A stretch of DNA of 64,000 bases from Balanoglossus misakiensis. Taxonomy: Eukaryota > Animalia > Hemichordata. Below, one piece after another: positions 15,001 to 30,000 of the stretch (the stretch's first letter is position 1; each line of letters opens with the position of its first letter). A program made the translations under genes and the position numbers. The notes under the pieces were generated by a model, which searched no databases, was not told the DNA's origin, and saw nothing but the letters and a program-made list of their open reading frames with translations. The stretch covers positions 10,436,461 through 10,500,460 of the forward strand of contig CM082596.2 of assembly GCA_040954595.2 (NCBI GenBank). The letters run 5' to 3'.

Positions 15001-18000
15001 ACGAAAATCATAAAATTAACAATTTTTCAACTTTTCGAAAGTTCAAAATGTTATGCATTTTTTGAAAAAAAATCATGGGTCACGGCTCACGAAAAAAGTC
15101 CAAAAATGACAATTTTTCGACTTTTCGAAAGTTCAAAATTTTACGCATTTTTTGAAAAAAAATCATGGGTCACGGCTCACGAAAATCGTCCAAAAATGAC
15201 AATTTTTCGACTTTATGAAAGTTCAAAATTTCTGCATTTTTTGAAAAAATTATGGGTTACGGATCACGAAAATCGTCCAAAAATGAAAATTTTTCGACTT
15301 TGCGAAAGTTCAAAATTTCCTTTTTTTGAAAAAAATCATGGGTCACGGCTCACGAAAATCGTCCAAAAATGACAATTTTTCGACTTTGCGAAAGTTCAAA
15401 ATTTCTGCATTTTTTGAAAAAAATCATGGGTCACGGCTCACGAAAATCGTCCAAAAATGACAATTTTTCGACTTTTCGAAAGTTCAAAATTTCTGCATTT
15501 TTTGAAAAAAATCATGGGTCACGGCTCACGAAAATCGTCCAAAAATTACTATTTTTCGACTTTGCGAAAGTTGAACATTTCTGCATTTTTTGAAAAAAAA
15601 TCATGGGTTACGGCTCACGAAAATCGTCCAAAAATTACTATTTTTCGACTTTGCGAAAGTTGAAAATTTCTGCATTTTTTGAAAAAAATCATGGGTCACG
15701 GCTCACGAAAATCGTCCAAAAATGACAATTTTTCGACTTTGCGAAAGTTCAAAATTTCTGCATTTTTTGAAAAAAATCATGGGTCACGGCTCACGAAAAT
15801 CGTCCAAAAATGACAATTTTTCGACTTTTCGAAAGTTCAAAATTTCTGCATTTTTTGAAAAAAATCATGGGTCACGGCTCACGAAAATCGTCCAAAAATT
15901 ACTATTTTTCGACTTTGCGAAAGTTGAAAATTTCTGCATTTTTTGAAAAAAAATCATGGGTTACGGCTCACGAAAATCGTCCAAAAATTACTATTTTTCG
16001 ACTTTGCGAAAGTTGAAAATTTCTGCATTTTGGGTCACGGCTCACGAAAATCGTCAAAAAATGACAATTTTTCGACTTTGCGAAAGTTCAAAATTTCTGC
16101 ATTTTTTGAAAAAAAATCATGGGTCACGGCTCACGAAAATCGTCCAAAAATGACAATTTTTCGACTTTGCGAAAGTTCAAAATTTCCTTTTTTTGAAAAA
16201 AATCATGGGTCACGGCTTACGAAAATCGTCCAAAAATGACAATTTTTCGACATTGCGAAAGTTCAAATTTTCTGCATTTTTAGAAAAAAAATCATGGGTT
16301 ACGGCTCACGAAAATCGTCAAAAAATGACAATTTTTAGATTTGCGAAAGTTCAAAATTTCCTTTTTTTGAAAAAAATCATGGATCACGGCTCACGAAAAT
16401 CGTCCAAAAATGACAATTTTTCCACTTTGCGAAATTCAAAATTTCTGCATTTTTTTTGAAAAAAATCATGGGTCACGACTCACGAAAATCGTCCAAAAAT
16501 TACTATTTTTCGACTTTGCGAAAGTTGAAAATTTCTGCATTTTTTGAAAAAAAATCATGGGTTACGGCTCACGAAAATCGTCCAAAAATTACTATTTTTC
16601 GACTTTGCGAAAGTTGAAAATTTCTGCATTTTGGGTCACGGCTCACGAAAATCGTCAAAAAATGACAATTTTTCGACTTTGCGAAAGTTCAAAATTTCTG
16701 CATTTTTTGAAAAAAAATCATGGGTCACGGCTCACGAAAATCGTCCAAAAATGACAATTTTTCGACTTTGCGAAAGTTCAAAATTTCCTTTTTTTGAAAA
16801 AAATCATGGGTCACGGCTTACGAAAATCGTCCAAAAATGACAATTTTTCGACATTGCGAAAGTTCAAATTTTCTGCATTTTTAGAAAAAAAATCATGGGT
16901 TACGGCTCACGAAAATCGTCAAAAAATGACAATTTTTAGATTTGCGAAAGTTCAAAATTTCCTTTTTTTGAAAAAAATCATGGATCACGGCTCACGAAAA
17001 TCGTCCAAAAATGACAATTTTTCCACTTTGCGAAATTCAAAATTTCTGCATTTTTTTTGAAAAAAATCATGGGTCACGACTCACGAAAATCGTCCAAAAA
17101 TGACAATTTTTCTACTTTGCGAAAGTTCAAAATTTCTGCATTTTTTGAAAAAAAATCATGGGTTACGGCTCACGAAAATCGTCAAAAAATGACAATTTTT
17201 CAACTTTTCGAAAGTTCAAAATTTTATGCATTTTTTGAAAAAAAATTATGGGTTACGGCTCACGAAAATCATAAAATTAACAATTTTTCAACTTTTCGAA
17301 AGTTCAAAATTTTATGCATTTTTTGAAAAAAAATCATGCGTCACGGCTCACGAAAAAAGTCCAAAAATGACAATTTTTCGACTTTTCGAAAGTTCAAAAT
17401 TTCCTTTTTTCGAAAAAAATCATGAGTCACGGCTCACGAAAATCGTCCAAAAATGACAATTTTTCGACTTTGCGAAAGTTCAAAATTTCTTCATTTTTTG
17501 AAAAAAAAATCATGGGTTATGGCTCACGAAAATCGTCCAAAAATGACAATTTTTCAAATTTTCGAAAGTTCAAAATTTCTGCATTTTTTGAAAAAAATCA
17601 TGGGTCACGGCTCACGAAAATCGTCCAAAAATTACTATTTTTCGACTTTGCGAAAGTTAAAAATTTCTGCATTTTTTGAAAAAAAATCATGGGTTACGGC
17701 TCACGAAAATCGTCAAAAAATGACAATTTTTCAACTTTTCGAAAGTTCAAAATTTTATGCATTTTTTGAAAAAAAATTATGGGTTACGGCTCACGAAAAT
17801 CATAAAATTAACAATTTTTCAACTTTTCGAAAGTTCAAAATTTTATGCATTTTTTGAAAAAAAATCATGCGTCACGGCTCACGAAAAAAGTCCAAAAATG
17901 ACAATTTTTCGACTTTGCGAAAGTTCAAAATTTCTGCATTTTTTGAAAAAAAATCATTGGTTACGGCTCACGAAAATCGTCAAAAAATGACAATTTTTCA

Positions 18001-21000
18001 ACTTTTCGAAAGTTCAAAATTTTATGCATTTTTTGAAAAAAAATCATGGGTTACGGCTCACGAAAATCGTCCAAAAATGACAATTTTTCGACTTTGCGAA
18101 AGTTCAAAATTTCCTTTTTTTGAAAAAAATCATGGGTCACGGCTTACGAAAATCGTCCAAAAATGACAATTTTTCGACATTGCGAAAGTTCAAAATTTCT
18201 GCATTTTTTGAAAAAAAAATCATGGGTTACGGCTCACGAAAATCGTCAAAAAATGACAATTTTTAGATTTGCGAAAGTTCAAAATTTCCTTTTTTTGAAA
18301 AAAATCATGGATCACGGCTCACGAAAATCGTCCAAAAATGACAATTTTTCGACTTTGCGAAATTCAAAATTTCTGCATTTTTTTTTTGAAAAAAATCATG
18401 GGTCACGGCTCACGAAAATCGTCCAAAAATGACAATTTTTCGACTTTGCGAAAGTTCAAAATTTCTGCATTTTTCGAAAAAAAATCATGGGTTACGGCTC
18501 ACGAAAATCGTCAAAAAATGACAATTTTTCAACTTTTCGAAAGTTCAAAATTTTATGCATTTTTTGTAAAAAAAATCATGGGTTACGGCTCACGAAAATC
18601 GTCAAAAAATGAAAATTTTTCGACTTTATGAAAGTTCAAAATTTCAGCATTCTTTGAAAAAATCATGGGTTACGGCACACGAAAATCGTCAAAAAATGAC
18701 AATTTTTCAACTTTTCGAAAGTTTAAAATGTTATGCATTTTTTGAAAAAAAATCATGGGTCACGGCTCACGAAAATAGTCCAAAAATGACAATTTTTCGA
18801 CTTTATGAAAGTTCAAAATTTCCTTTTTTTGAAAAAAATCATGGGTCACGGCTCACGAAAATCGTCCAAAAATGACAATTTTTCGACTTTATGAAAGTTC
18901 AAAATTTCTGCATTTTTTGAAAAAATCATGGGTTACGGATCACGAAAATCGTCCAAAAATGAAAATTTTTCGACTTTATGAAAGTTCAAAATTTCAGCAT
19001 TCTTTGAAAAAATCATGGGTTACGGCTCACGAAAATCGTCAAAAAATGACAATTTTTCAACTTTTCGAAAGTTTTAAATTTTATGCATTTTTTGAAAAAA
19101 AATCATGGGTCACGGCTCACGAAAATAGTCCAAAAATGACAATTTTTCGACTTTACGAAAGTTCAAAATTTCCTTTTTTTGAAAAAAAATCATGGGTCAC
19201 GGCTCACGTAAATCGTCCAAAAATGACAATTTTTCGACTTTGCGAAAGTTCTAAATTTCTGCATTTTTTTGAAAAAAATCATGGGTCACGGCTCACGAAA
19301 ATCGTCCAAAAATGACAATTTTTCGACTTTGCGAAAGTTCAAAATTTCCTTTTTTGTAAAAAATCATGGGTCACGGCTCACGAAAATCATCCAAAAATGA
19401 AAATTTTTCGACTTTGCGAAAGTTCAAAATTTCTTCATTTTTTGAAAAACATCATGGGTTACGGCTCACAAAAATCGTCCAAAAATGACAATTTTTCGAC
19501 TTTGCGAAAGTTCAAAATTTCTGAATTTTTTGAAAAAAAATCATGGGTCACGGCTCACGAAAATCGTCCAAAAATGACAATTTTTCGACATTGCGAAAGT
19601 TCAAAATTTCTGCATTTTTTGAAAAAAAAATCATGGGTTACGGCTCACGAAAATCGTCAAAAAATGACAATTTTTAGATTTGCGAAAGTTCAAAATTTCC
19701 TTTTTTTGAAAAAAATCATGGATCACGGCTCACGAAAATCGTCCAAAAATGACAATTTTTCGACTTTGCGAAATTCAAAATTTCTGCATTTTTTTTTTGA
19801 AAAAAATCATGGGTCACGGCTCACGAAAATCGTCCAAAAATGACAATTTTTCGACTTTGCGAAAGTTCAAAATTTCTGCATTTTTCGAAAAAAAATCATG
19901 GGTTACGGCTCACGAAAATCGTCAAAAAATGACAATTTTTCAACTTTTCGAAAGTTCAAAATTTTATGCATTTTTTGTAAAAAAAATCATGGGTTACGGC
20001 TCACGAAAATCGTCAAAAAATGAAAATTTTTCGACTTTATGAAAGTTCAAAATTTCAGCATTCTTTGAAAAAATCATGGGTTACGGCACACGAAAATCGT
20101 CAAAAAATGACAATTTTTCAACTTTTCGAAAGTTTAAAATGTTATGCATTTTTTGAAAAAAAATCATGGGTCACGGCTCACGAAAATAGTCCAAAAATGA
20201 CAATTTTTCGACTTTATGAAAGTTCAAAATTTCCTTTTTTTGAAAAAAATCATGGGTCACGGCTCACGAAAATCGTCCAAAAATGACAATTTTTCGACTT
20301 TATGAAAGTTCAAAATTTCTGCATTTTTTGAAAAAATCATGGGTTACGGATCACGAAAATCGTCCAAAAATGAAAATTTTTCGACTTTATGAAAGTTCAA
20401 AATTTCAGCATTCTTTGAAAAAATCATGGGTTACGGCTCACGAAAATCGTCAAAAAATGACAATTTTTCAACTTTTCGAAAGTTTTAAATTTTATGCATT
20501 TTTTGAAAAAAAATCATGGGTCACGGCTCACGAAAATAGTCCAAAAATGACAATTTTTCGACTTTACGAAAGTTCAAAATTTCCTTTTTTTGAAAAAAAA
20601 TCATGGGTCACGGCTCACGTAAATCGTCCAAAAATGACAATTTTTCGACTTTGCGAAAGTTCTAAATTTCTGCATTTTTTTGAAAAAAATCATGGGTCAC
20701 GGCTCACGAAAATCGTCCAAAAATGACAATTTTTCGACTTTGCGAAAGTTCAAAATTTCCTTTTTTGTAAAAAATCATGGGTCACGGCTCACGAAAATCA
20801 TCCAAAAATGAAAATTTTTCGACTTTGCGAAAGTTCAAAATTTCTTCATTTTTTGAAAAACATCATGGGTTACGGCTCACAAAAATCGTCCAAAAATGAC
20901 AATTTTTCGACTTTGCGAAAGTTCAAAATTTCTGAATTTTTTGAAAAAAAATCATGGGTCACGGCTCACGAAAATCGTCCAAAAATGACAATTTTTCGAC

Positions 21001-24000
21001 TTTGCGAAAGTTCAAAATTTCTGCATTTTTTGAAAAAAATCATGGGGCACGGCTCACGAAAATCGTCAAAAAATGACAATTTTTCGATTTGCGAAAGTTC
21101 AAAATTTCCTTTTTTTGAAAAAAATCATGGATCACGGCTCACGAAAATCGTCCAAATATGACAATTTTTCGACTTTGCGAAAGTTCAAAATTTCTGCATT
21201 TTTTGAAAAAAAATCATTGGTTACGGCTCACGAAAATCGTCAAAAAATGACAATTTTTCAACTTTTCGAAAGTTCAAAATTTTATGCATTTTTTGAAAAA
21301 AAATCATGGGTTACGGCTCACGAAAATCGTCAAAAAATGACAATTTTTCGACTTTGCGAAAGTTCAAAATTTCCTTTTTTTGAAAAAAATCATGGGTCAC
21401 GGCTTACGAAAATCGTCCAAAAATGACAATTTTTCGACATTGCGAAAGTTCAAAATTTCTGCATTTTTTGAAAAAAAAATCATGGGTTACGGCTCACGAG
21501 AATCGTCAAAAAATGACAATTTTTAGATTTGCGAAAGTTCAAAATTTCCTTTTTTTGAAAAAAATCATGGATCACGGCTCACGAAAATCGTCCAAAAATG
21601 ACAATTTTTCGACTTTGCGAAATTCAAAATTTCTGCATTTTTTTTTTGAAAAAAATCATGGGTCACGGCTCACGAAAATCGTCCAAAAATGACAATTTTT
21701 CGACTTTGCGAAAGTTCAAAATTTCTGCATTTTTCGAAAAAAAATCATGGGTTACGGCTCACGAAAATCGTCAAAAAATGACAATTTTTCAACTTTTCGA
21801 AAGTTCAAAATTTTATGCATTTTTTGTAAAAAAAATCATGGGTTACGGCTCACGAAAATCGTCAAAAAATGAAAATTTTTCGACTTTATGAAAGTTCAAA
21901 ATTTCAGCATTCTTTGAAAAAATCATGGGTTACGGCACACGAAAATCGTCAAAAAATGACAATTTTTCAACTTTTCGAAAGTTTAAAATGTTTTGCATTT
22001 TTTGAAAAAAAATCATGGGTCACGGCTCACGAAAATAGTCCAAAAATGACAATTTTTCGACTTTATGAAAGTTCAAAATTTCCTTTTTTTGAAAAAAAAT
22101 CATGGGTTACGGCTCACGAAAATCGTCAAAAAATGACAATTTTTTGACTTTGCGAAAGTTCAAAATTTCCTTTTTTTGAAAAAAATCATGGATCACGGCT
22201 CACGAAAATCGTCCAAAAATGACAATTTTTCGACTTTGCGAAAGTTCAAAATTTCTGCATTTTTTGAAAAAAATCATGGGTTACGGCTCATGAAAATCGT
22301 CCAAAAATGCCAATTTTTCGACTTTGCGAAAGATCAAAATTTCTGCATTTTTTGAAAAAAAATCATTGGTTACGGCTCACGAAAATCGTCCAAAAATTAA
22401 ATTTTTTCGACTTTGTGAACGTTCAAAATTTCTTCATTTTTTGAAAAAAATCTTGGGTTACGGCTCACGAAAATCGTCCAAAAATGACTATTTTTCGACT
22501 TTGCGAAAGTTCTAAATTTCAACATTTTTTGAAAAAAATCATGGGTTACGGCTCACGAAAATCGTCCAAAAATAACAATTTTTCGCCTTTGCGAAAGATC
22601 AAAATTTCTGCATTTTTTGAAAAAAAATCATGGGTTACGGTTCACGAAAATCGTCCAAAAATGAAAATTTTTCTACTTTGCGAAAGTTCAAAATTTCTGC
22701 ATTTTTGAAAAAAAAATCATGGGTTACGGCTCACGAAAATCGTCCAAAAATTAAATTTTTTCGACTTTGTGAACGTTCAAAATGTCTTCATTTTTTGAAA
22801 AAAATCTTGGGTTACGGCTCACGAAAATCGTCCAAAAATGACTATTTTTCGACTTTGCGAAAGTTCTAAATTTCTACATTTTTTGAAAAAAATCATGGGT
22901 TACGGCTCACGAAAATCGTCCAAAAATAACAATTTTTCTACGTTGCGAAAGTTCAAAATTTCTTTTTTTTGAAAAAAATCATGGGTCACGGCTCACGAAA
23001 ATCGTCCAAAAATGACATTTTTTCTACTTTGCGAAAGTTCAAAATTTCCTTTTTTTGAAAAAAATCATGGGTCACGGCTCCCGAAAATCGTCCAAAAATG
23101 ACAATTTTTCGACTTTGCGAAAGTTCAAAATTTCTGCATTTTTTGAAAAAAAGTATGGGTTACGGCTCATGAAAATCATCCAAAAAACAATTTTTGGACT
23201 TTGCGAAAGTTCAAAATTTCTTCATTTTTTGAAAAAATCATGGGTTACGGCTCACGAAGATCGTCCAACAATGGCAGTGTTTCGACTTTGCGAAAGTTCA
23301 AAATTTCTGCATTTTTTGAAAAAAAATCATGGGTCACGGCTCACGAAAATAGTCCAAAAATGACAATTTTTCGACTTTGCGAAAGTTCAAATTTTCTGCA
23401 TTTTTTGAAAAAAATCATGGTTACCGTTCACGAAAATCGTCCAAAAATGAAAATTTTTCGAATTTATGAAAGTTCAAAATTTCAGCTTTTTTTGAAAAAA
23501 TCATGGGTTACGGCTCACGAAAATCGTCAAAAAATGACAATTTTTCGACTTTGCGAAAGTTCAAAATTTCTGAATTTTTTGAAAAAAAATCATGGGTTAC
23601 GGCTCACGAAAATCGTCAAAAAATGAAAATTTTTTGACTTTGCGAAAGTTCAAAATTTCCTTTTTTTGAAAAAAATCATGGATCACGGCTCACGAAAATC
23701 GTCCAAAAATGACAATTTTTCTACTTTGCGAAAGTTCAAAATTTCTGCATTTTTTGAAAAAAAATCATGGGTTACGGCTCACGAAAATCGTCAAAAAATG
23801 ACAATTTTTCAACTTTTCGAAAGTTCAAAATTTTATGCATTTTTTGAAAAAAAATCATGGGTTACGGCTCACGAAAATCGTCAAAAAATGACAATTTTTC
23901 AACTTTTCGAAAGTTCAAAATTTTACGCATTTTTTGAAAAAAAAATCATGGGTCACGGCTCACGAAAAAAGTCCAAAAATGACAATTTTTCGACTTTGCG

Positions 24001-27000
24001 AAAGTTCAAAATTTCCTTTTTTCCAAAACAATCATGAGTCACGGCTCACGAAAATCGTCCAAAAATGACAATTTTTCGACTTTGCGAAAGTTCAAAATTT
24101 CTTCATTTTTTGAAAAAAAATCATGGGTTATGGCTCACGAAAATCGTCAAAAAATGACAATTTTTCAACTTTTCGAAAGTTTAAAATTTTATGCATTTTT
24201 TGAAAAAAAATCATGGGCCACTGCTCACGAAAATCGTCCAAAAATGACAATTTTTCTACTTTGCGAAAGTTCAAAATTTCCTTTTTTTGAAAAAAATCAT
24301 GGGTCACGGCTCACGAAAATCGTCCAAAAATGACAATTTTTCTACTTTGCGAAAGTTCAAAATTTCCTTTTTTTGAAAAAAATCATGGGTCACGGCTCAC
24401 GAAAATCGTCCAAAAATTACTATTTTTCGACTTTGCGAAAGTTGAAAATTTCTGCATTTTTTGAAAAAAAATCATGGGTTACGGCTCACGAAAATCGTCA
24501 AAAAATGACAATTTTTCGATTTGCGAAAGTTCAAAATTTCCTTTTTTTGAAAAAAATCATGGATCACGGCTCACGAAAATCGTCCAAAAATGACAATTTT
24601 TCGACTTTGCGAAATTCAAAATTTCTGCATTTTTTTTGAAAAAAATCATGGGTCACGGCTCACGAAAAAAGTCCAAAAATGACAATTTTTCGACTTTGCG
24701 AAAGTTCAAAATTTCCTTTTTTCGAAAAAAATCATGAGTCACGGCTCACGAAAATCGTCCAAAAATGACAATTTTTCGACTTTGCGAAAGTTTAAAATTT
24801 TATGCATTTTTTGAAAAGAAATCATGGGTCACGGCTCACGAAAATAGTCCAAAAATGACAATTTTTCGACTTTGCGAAAGTTCAAATTTTCTGCATTTTT
24901 TGAAAAAAATCATGGTTACCGTTCACGAAAATCGTCCAAAAATGAAAATTTTTCGACTTTATGAAAGTTCAAAATTTCAGCATTTTTGAAAAAAATCATG
25001 GGTTATGGCTCACGAAAATCGTCAAAAAATGACAATTTTTCGATTTTGCGAAAGTTCAAAATTTCTGCATTTTTTGAAAAAAAATCATGGGTTACGGCTC
25101 ACGAAAATCGTCCAAAAATGACAATTTTTCGACTTTGCGAAAGTTCAAAATTTCCTTTTTTCGAAAAAAATCATGAGTCACGGCTCACGAAAATCGTCCA
25201 AAAATGACAATTTTTCGACTTTGCGAAAGTTCAAAATTTCTTCATTTTTTGAAAAAAAATCATGGGTTATGGCTCACGAAAAGCGTCAAAAAATGACAAT
25301 TTTTCAACTTTTCGAAAGTTTAAAATTTTATGCATTTTTTGAAAAAAAATCATGGGTCACGGCTCACGAAAATCGTCCAAAAATGACAATTTTTCGACTT
25401 TGCGAAATTCAAAATTTCTGCATTTTTTTTGAAAAAAATCATGGGTCACGGCTCACGAAAAAAGTCCAAAAATGACAATTTTTCGACTTTGCGAAAGTTC
25501 AAAATTTCCTTTTTTCGAAAAAAATCATGAGTCACGGCTCACGAAAATCGTCCAAAAATGACAATTTTTCGACTTTGCGAAAGTTTAAAATTTTATGCAT
25601 TTTTTGAAAAGAAATCATGGGTCACGGCTCACGAAAATCGTCCAAAAATGACAATTTTTCTACTTTGCGAAAGTTCAAAATTTCCTTTTTTTGAAAAAAA
25701 TCATGGGTCACGGCTCACGAAAATCGTCCAAAAATGACAAATTTCTACTTTGCGAAAGTTCAAAATTTCCTTTTTTTGAAAAAAAATCATGGGTCACGGC
25801 TCACGAAAATCGTCCAAAAATGACAATTTTTCGACTTTGCGAAAGTTCAAAATTTCCTTTTTTTGAAAAAAACCATGGGTCACGGCTCCCGAAAATCGTC
25901 CAAAAATGACAATTTTTCGACTTTGCGAAAGTTCAAAATTTCTGCATTTTTTGAAAAAAAAGTATGGGTTACGGCTCTTGAAAATCATCCAAAAAACAAT
26001 TTTTGGACTTTGCGAAAGTTCAAAATTTCTTCATTTTTTGAAAAAATCATGGGTTACGGCTCACGAAGATCGTCCAACAATGGCAGTGTTTCGACTTTGC
26101 GAAAGTTCAAAATTTCTGCATTTTTTGAAAAAAAATCATGGGTCACGGCTCACGAAAATAGTCCAAAAATGAAAATTTTTCGACTTTGCGAAAGTTCAAA
26201 TTTTCTGCATTTTTTGAAAAAAAATCATGGGTTATGGCTCACGAAAATCGTCAAAAAATGACAATTTTTCAACTTTTCGAAAGTTTAAAATTTTATGCAT
26301 TTTTTGAAAAAAAATCATGGGTCACGGCTCACGAAAATCGTCCAAAAATGACAATTTTTCGACTTTGCGAAATTCAAAATTTCTGCATTTTTTTTTGAAA
26401 AAAATCATGGGTCACGGCTCACGAAAAAAGTCCAAAAATGACAATTTTTCGACTTTGCGAAAGTTCAAAATTTCCTTTTTTCGAAAAAAATCATGAGTCA
26501 CGGCTCACGAAAATCGTCCAAAAATGACAATTTTTCGACTTTGCGAAAGTTTAAAATTTTATGCATTTTTTGAAAAGAAATCATGGGTCACGGCTCACGA
26601 AAATCGTCCAAAAATGACAATTTTTCTACTTTGCGAAAGTTCAAAATTTCCTTTTTTGAAAAAAATCATGGGTCACGGCTCACGAAAATCGTCCAAAAAT
26701 GACAATTTTTCTACTTTGCGAAAGTTCAAAATTTCCTTTTTTTGAAAAAAAATCATGGGTCACGGCTCACGAAAATCGTCCAAAAATGACAATTTTTCGA
26801 CTTTGCGAAAGTTCAAAATTTCCTTTTTTTGAAAAAAACCATGGGTCACGGCACCCGAAAATCGTCCAAAAATGACAATTTTTCGACTTTGCGAAAGTTC
26901 AAAATTTCTGCATTTTTTGAAAAAAAAGTATGGGTTACGGCTCATGAAAATCATCCAAAAAACTATTTTTGGACTTTGCGAAAGTTCAAAATTTCTTCAT

Positions 27001-30000
27001 TTGTTGAAAAAATCATGGGTTACGGCTCACGAAGATCGTCCAACAATGGCAGTGTTTCGACTTTGCGAAAGTTCAAAATTTCTGCATTTTTTGAAAAAAA
27101 ATCATGGGTCACGGCTTACGAAAATAGTCCAAAAATGACAATTTTTCGACTTTGCGAAAGTTCAAATTTTCTGCATTTTTTGAAAAAAATCATGGTTACC
27201 GTTCACGAAAATCGTCCAAAAATGAAAATTTTTCGACTTTATGAAAGTTCAAAATTTCAGCTTTTTTGAAAAAATCATGGGTTACGACTCACGAAAATCG
27301 TCAAAAAATGACAATTTTTCGATTTTGCGAATGTTCAAAATTTCTGAATTTTTTGAAAAAAAATCATGGGTTACGGCTCACGAAAATCGTCAAAAAATGA
27401 AAATTTTTTGACTTTGCGAAAGTTCAAAATTTCCTTTTTTTGAAAAAAATCATGGATCACGGCTCACGAAAATCGTCCAAAAATGACAATTTTTCGACTT
27501 TGCGAAATTCAAAATTTCTGCATTTTTTTGAAAAAAATCATGGGTCACGGCTCACGAAAATCGTCCAAAAATGAAAATTTTTCGACTTTGCGAAAGTTCA
27601 AAATTTCTGCATTTTTTGAAAAAAAATCATGGGTTACGGCTCACGAAAATCGTCAAAAAATGACAATTTTTCAACTTTTCGAAAGTTCAAAATTTTATGC
27701 ATTTTTTGAAAAAAAATCATGGGTTACGGCTCACGAAAATCGTCAAAAAATGACAATTTTTCAACTTTTCGAAAGTTCAAAATTTTATGCATTTTTTGAA
27801 AAAAAATCATGGGTCACGGCTCACGAAAAAAGTCCAAAAATGACAATTTTTCGACTTTGCGAAAGTTCAAAATTTCCTTTTTTCGAAAAAAATCATGAGT
27901 CACGGCTCACGAAAATCGTCCAAAAATGACAATTTTTCGACTTTGCGAAAGTTCAAAATTTCTTCATTTTTTGAAAAAAAATCATGGGTTATGGCTCACG
28001 AAAATCGTCCAAAAATGACAATTTTTCGACTTTGCGAAATTCAAAATTTCTGCATTTTTTTGAAAAAAATCATGGGTCACGGCTCACGAAAAAAGTCCAA
28101 AAATGACAATTTTTCGACTTTGCGAAAGTTCAAAATTTCCTTTTTTCGAAAAAAATCATGGGTCACGGCTCACGAAAATCGTCCAAAAATGACAATTTTT
28201 CTACTTTGCGAAAGTTCAAAATTTCCTTTTTTTGAAAAAAAATCATGGGTCACGGCTCACGAAAATCGTCCAAAAATGACAATTTTTCGACTTTGCGAAA
28301 TTCAAAATTTCTGCATTTTTTTTGAAAAAGATCATGGGTCACGGCTCACGAAAATCGTCCAAAAATGACAATTTTTCTACTTTGCGAAAGTTCAAAATTT
28401 TATGCATTTTTTGAAAAAAAAATCATGGGTTACGGCTCACGAAAATCGTCAAAAAATGAAAATTTTTCAACTTTTCGAAAGTTCAAAATTTTATGCATTT
28501 TTTGAAAAAAAATCATGGGTCACGGCTCACGAAAAAAGTCCAAAAATGACAATTTTTCGACTTTGCGAAAGTTCAAAATTTCCTTTTTTCGAAAAAAATC
28601 ATGGATCACGGCTCACGAAAATCGTCCAAAAATGACAATTTTTCTACTTTACGAAAGTTCAAAATTTCTTCATTTTTTGAAAAAAAATCATGGGTTATGG
28701 CTCACGAAAATCGTCCAAAAATGACAATTTTTCGACTTTATGAAAGTTAAAAATTTCTGCATTTTTTGAAAAAATCATGGGTTACGGATCACGAAAATCA
28801 TCCAAAAATGAAAATTTTTCGACTTTATGAAAGTTCAAAATTTCAGCATTCTTTGAAAAAATCATGGGTTACGGCTCACGAAAATCGTCAAAAAATGACA
28901 ATTTTTCAACTTTTCGAAAGTTTAAAATTTTATGCATTTTTTGAAAAAAAATCATGGGTCACGGCTCACGAAAATAGTCCAAAAATGACAATTTTTCGAC
29001 TTTACGAAAGTTCAAAATTTCCTTTTTTTGAAAAAAAATCATGGGTCACGGCTCACGAAAATCGTCCAAAAATGACAATTTTTTCGACTTTGCGAAAGTT
29101 CTAAATTTCTGCATTTTTTTGAAAAAAATCATGGGTCACGGCTCACGAAAATCGTCCAAAAATGACAATTTTTCGACTTTGCGAAAGTTCAAAATTTCCT
29201 TTTTTGTAAAAAATCATTTGTCACGGCTCACGAAAATCATCCAAAAATGAAAATTTTTTGACTTTGCGAAAGTTCAAAATTTCTTCATTTTTTGAAAAAC
29301 ATCATGGGTTACGGCTCACGAAAATCGTCCAAAAATGACAATTTTTCGACTTTGCGAAATTCAAAATTTCTGCATTTTTTTTGAAAAAAATCATGGGTCA
29401 CGGCTCACGAAAAAAGTCCAAAAATGACAATTTTTCGACTTTGCGAAATTCAAAATTTCTGCATTTTTTTTGAAAAAGATCATGGGTCACGGCTCACGAA
29501 AATCGTCCAAAAATGACAATTTTTCTACTTTGCGAAAGTTCAAAATTTCTGCATTTTTTGAAAAAAAATCATGGGTTACGGCTCACGAAAATCGTCAAAA
29601 AATGACAATTTTTCAACTTTTCGAAAGTTCAAAATTTTATGCATTTTTTGAAAAAAAATCATGGGTTACGGCTCACGAAAATCGTCAAAAAATGACAATT
29701 TTTCAACTTTTCGAAAGTTCAAAATTTTATGCATTTTTTGAAAAAAAATCATGGGTTACGGCTCACGAAAAAAGTCCAAAAATGACAATTTTTCGACTTT
29801 GCGAAAGTTCAAAATTTCCTTTTTTCGAAAAAAATCATGGATCACGGCTCACGAAAATCGTCCAAAAATGACAATTTTTCTACTTTACAAAAGTTCAAAA
29901 TTTCTTCATTTTTTGAAAAAAAATCATGGGTTATGGCTCACGAAAATCGTCCAAAAATGACAATTTTTCGACTTTATGAAAGTTAAAAATTTCTGCATTT

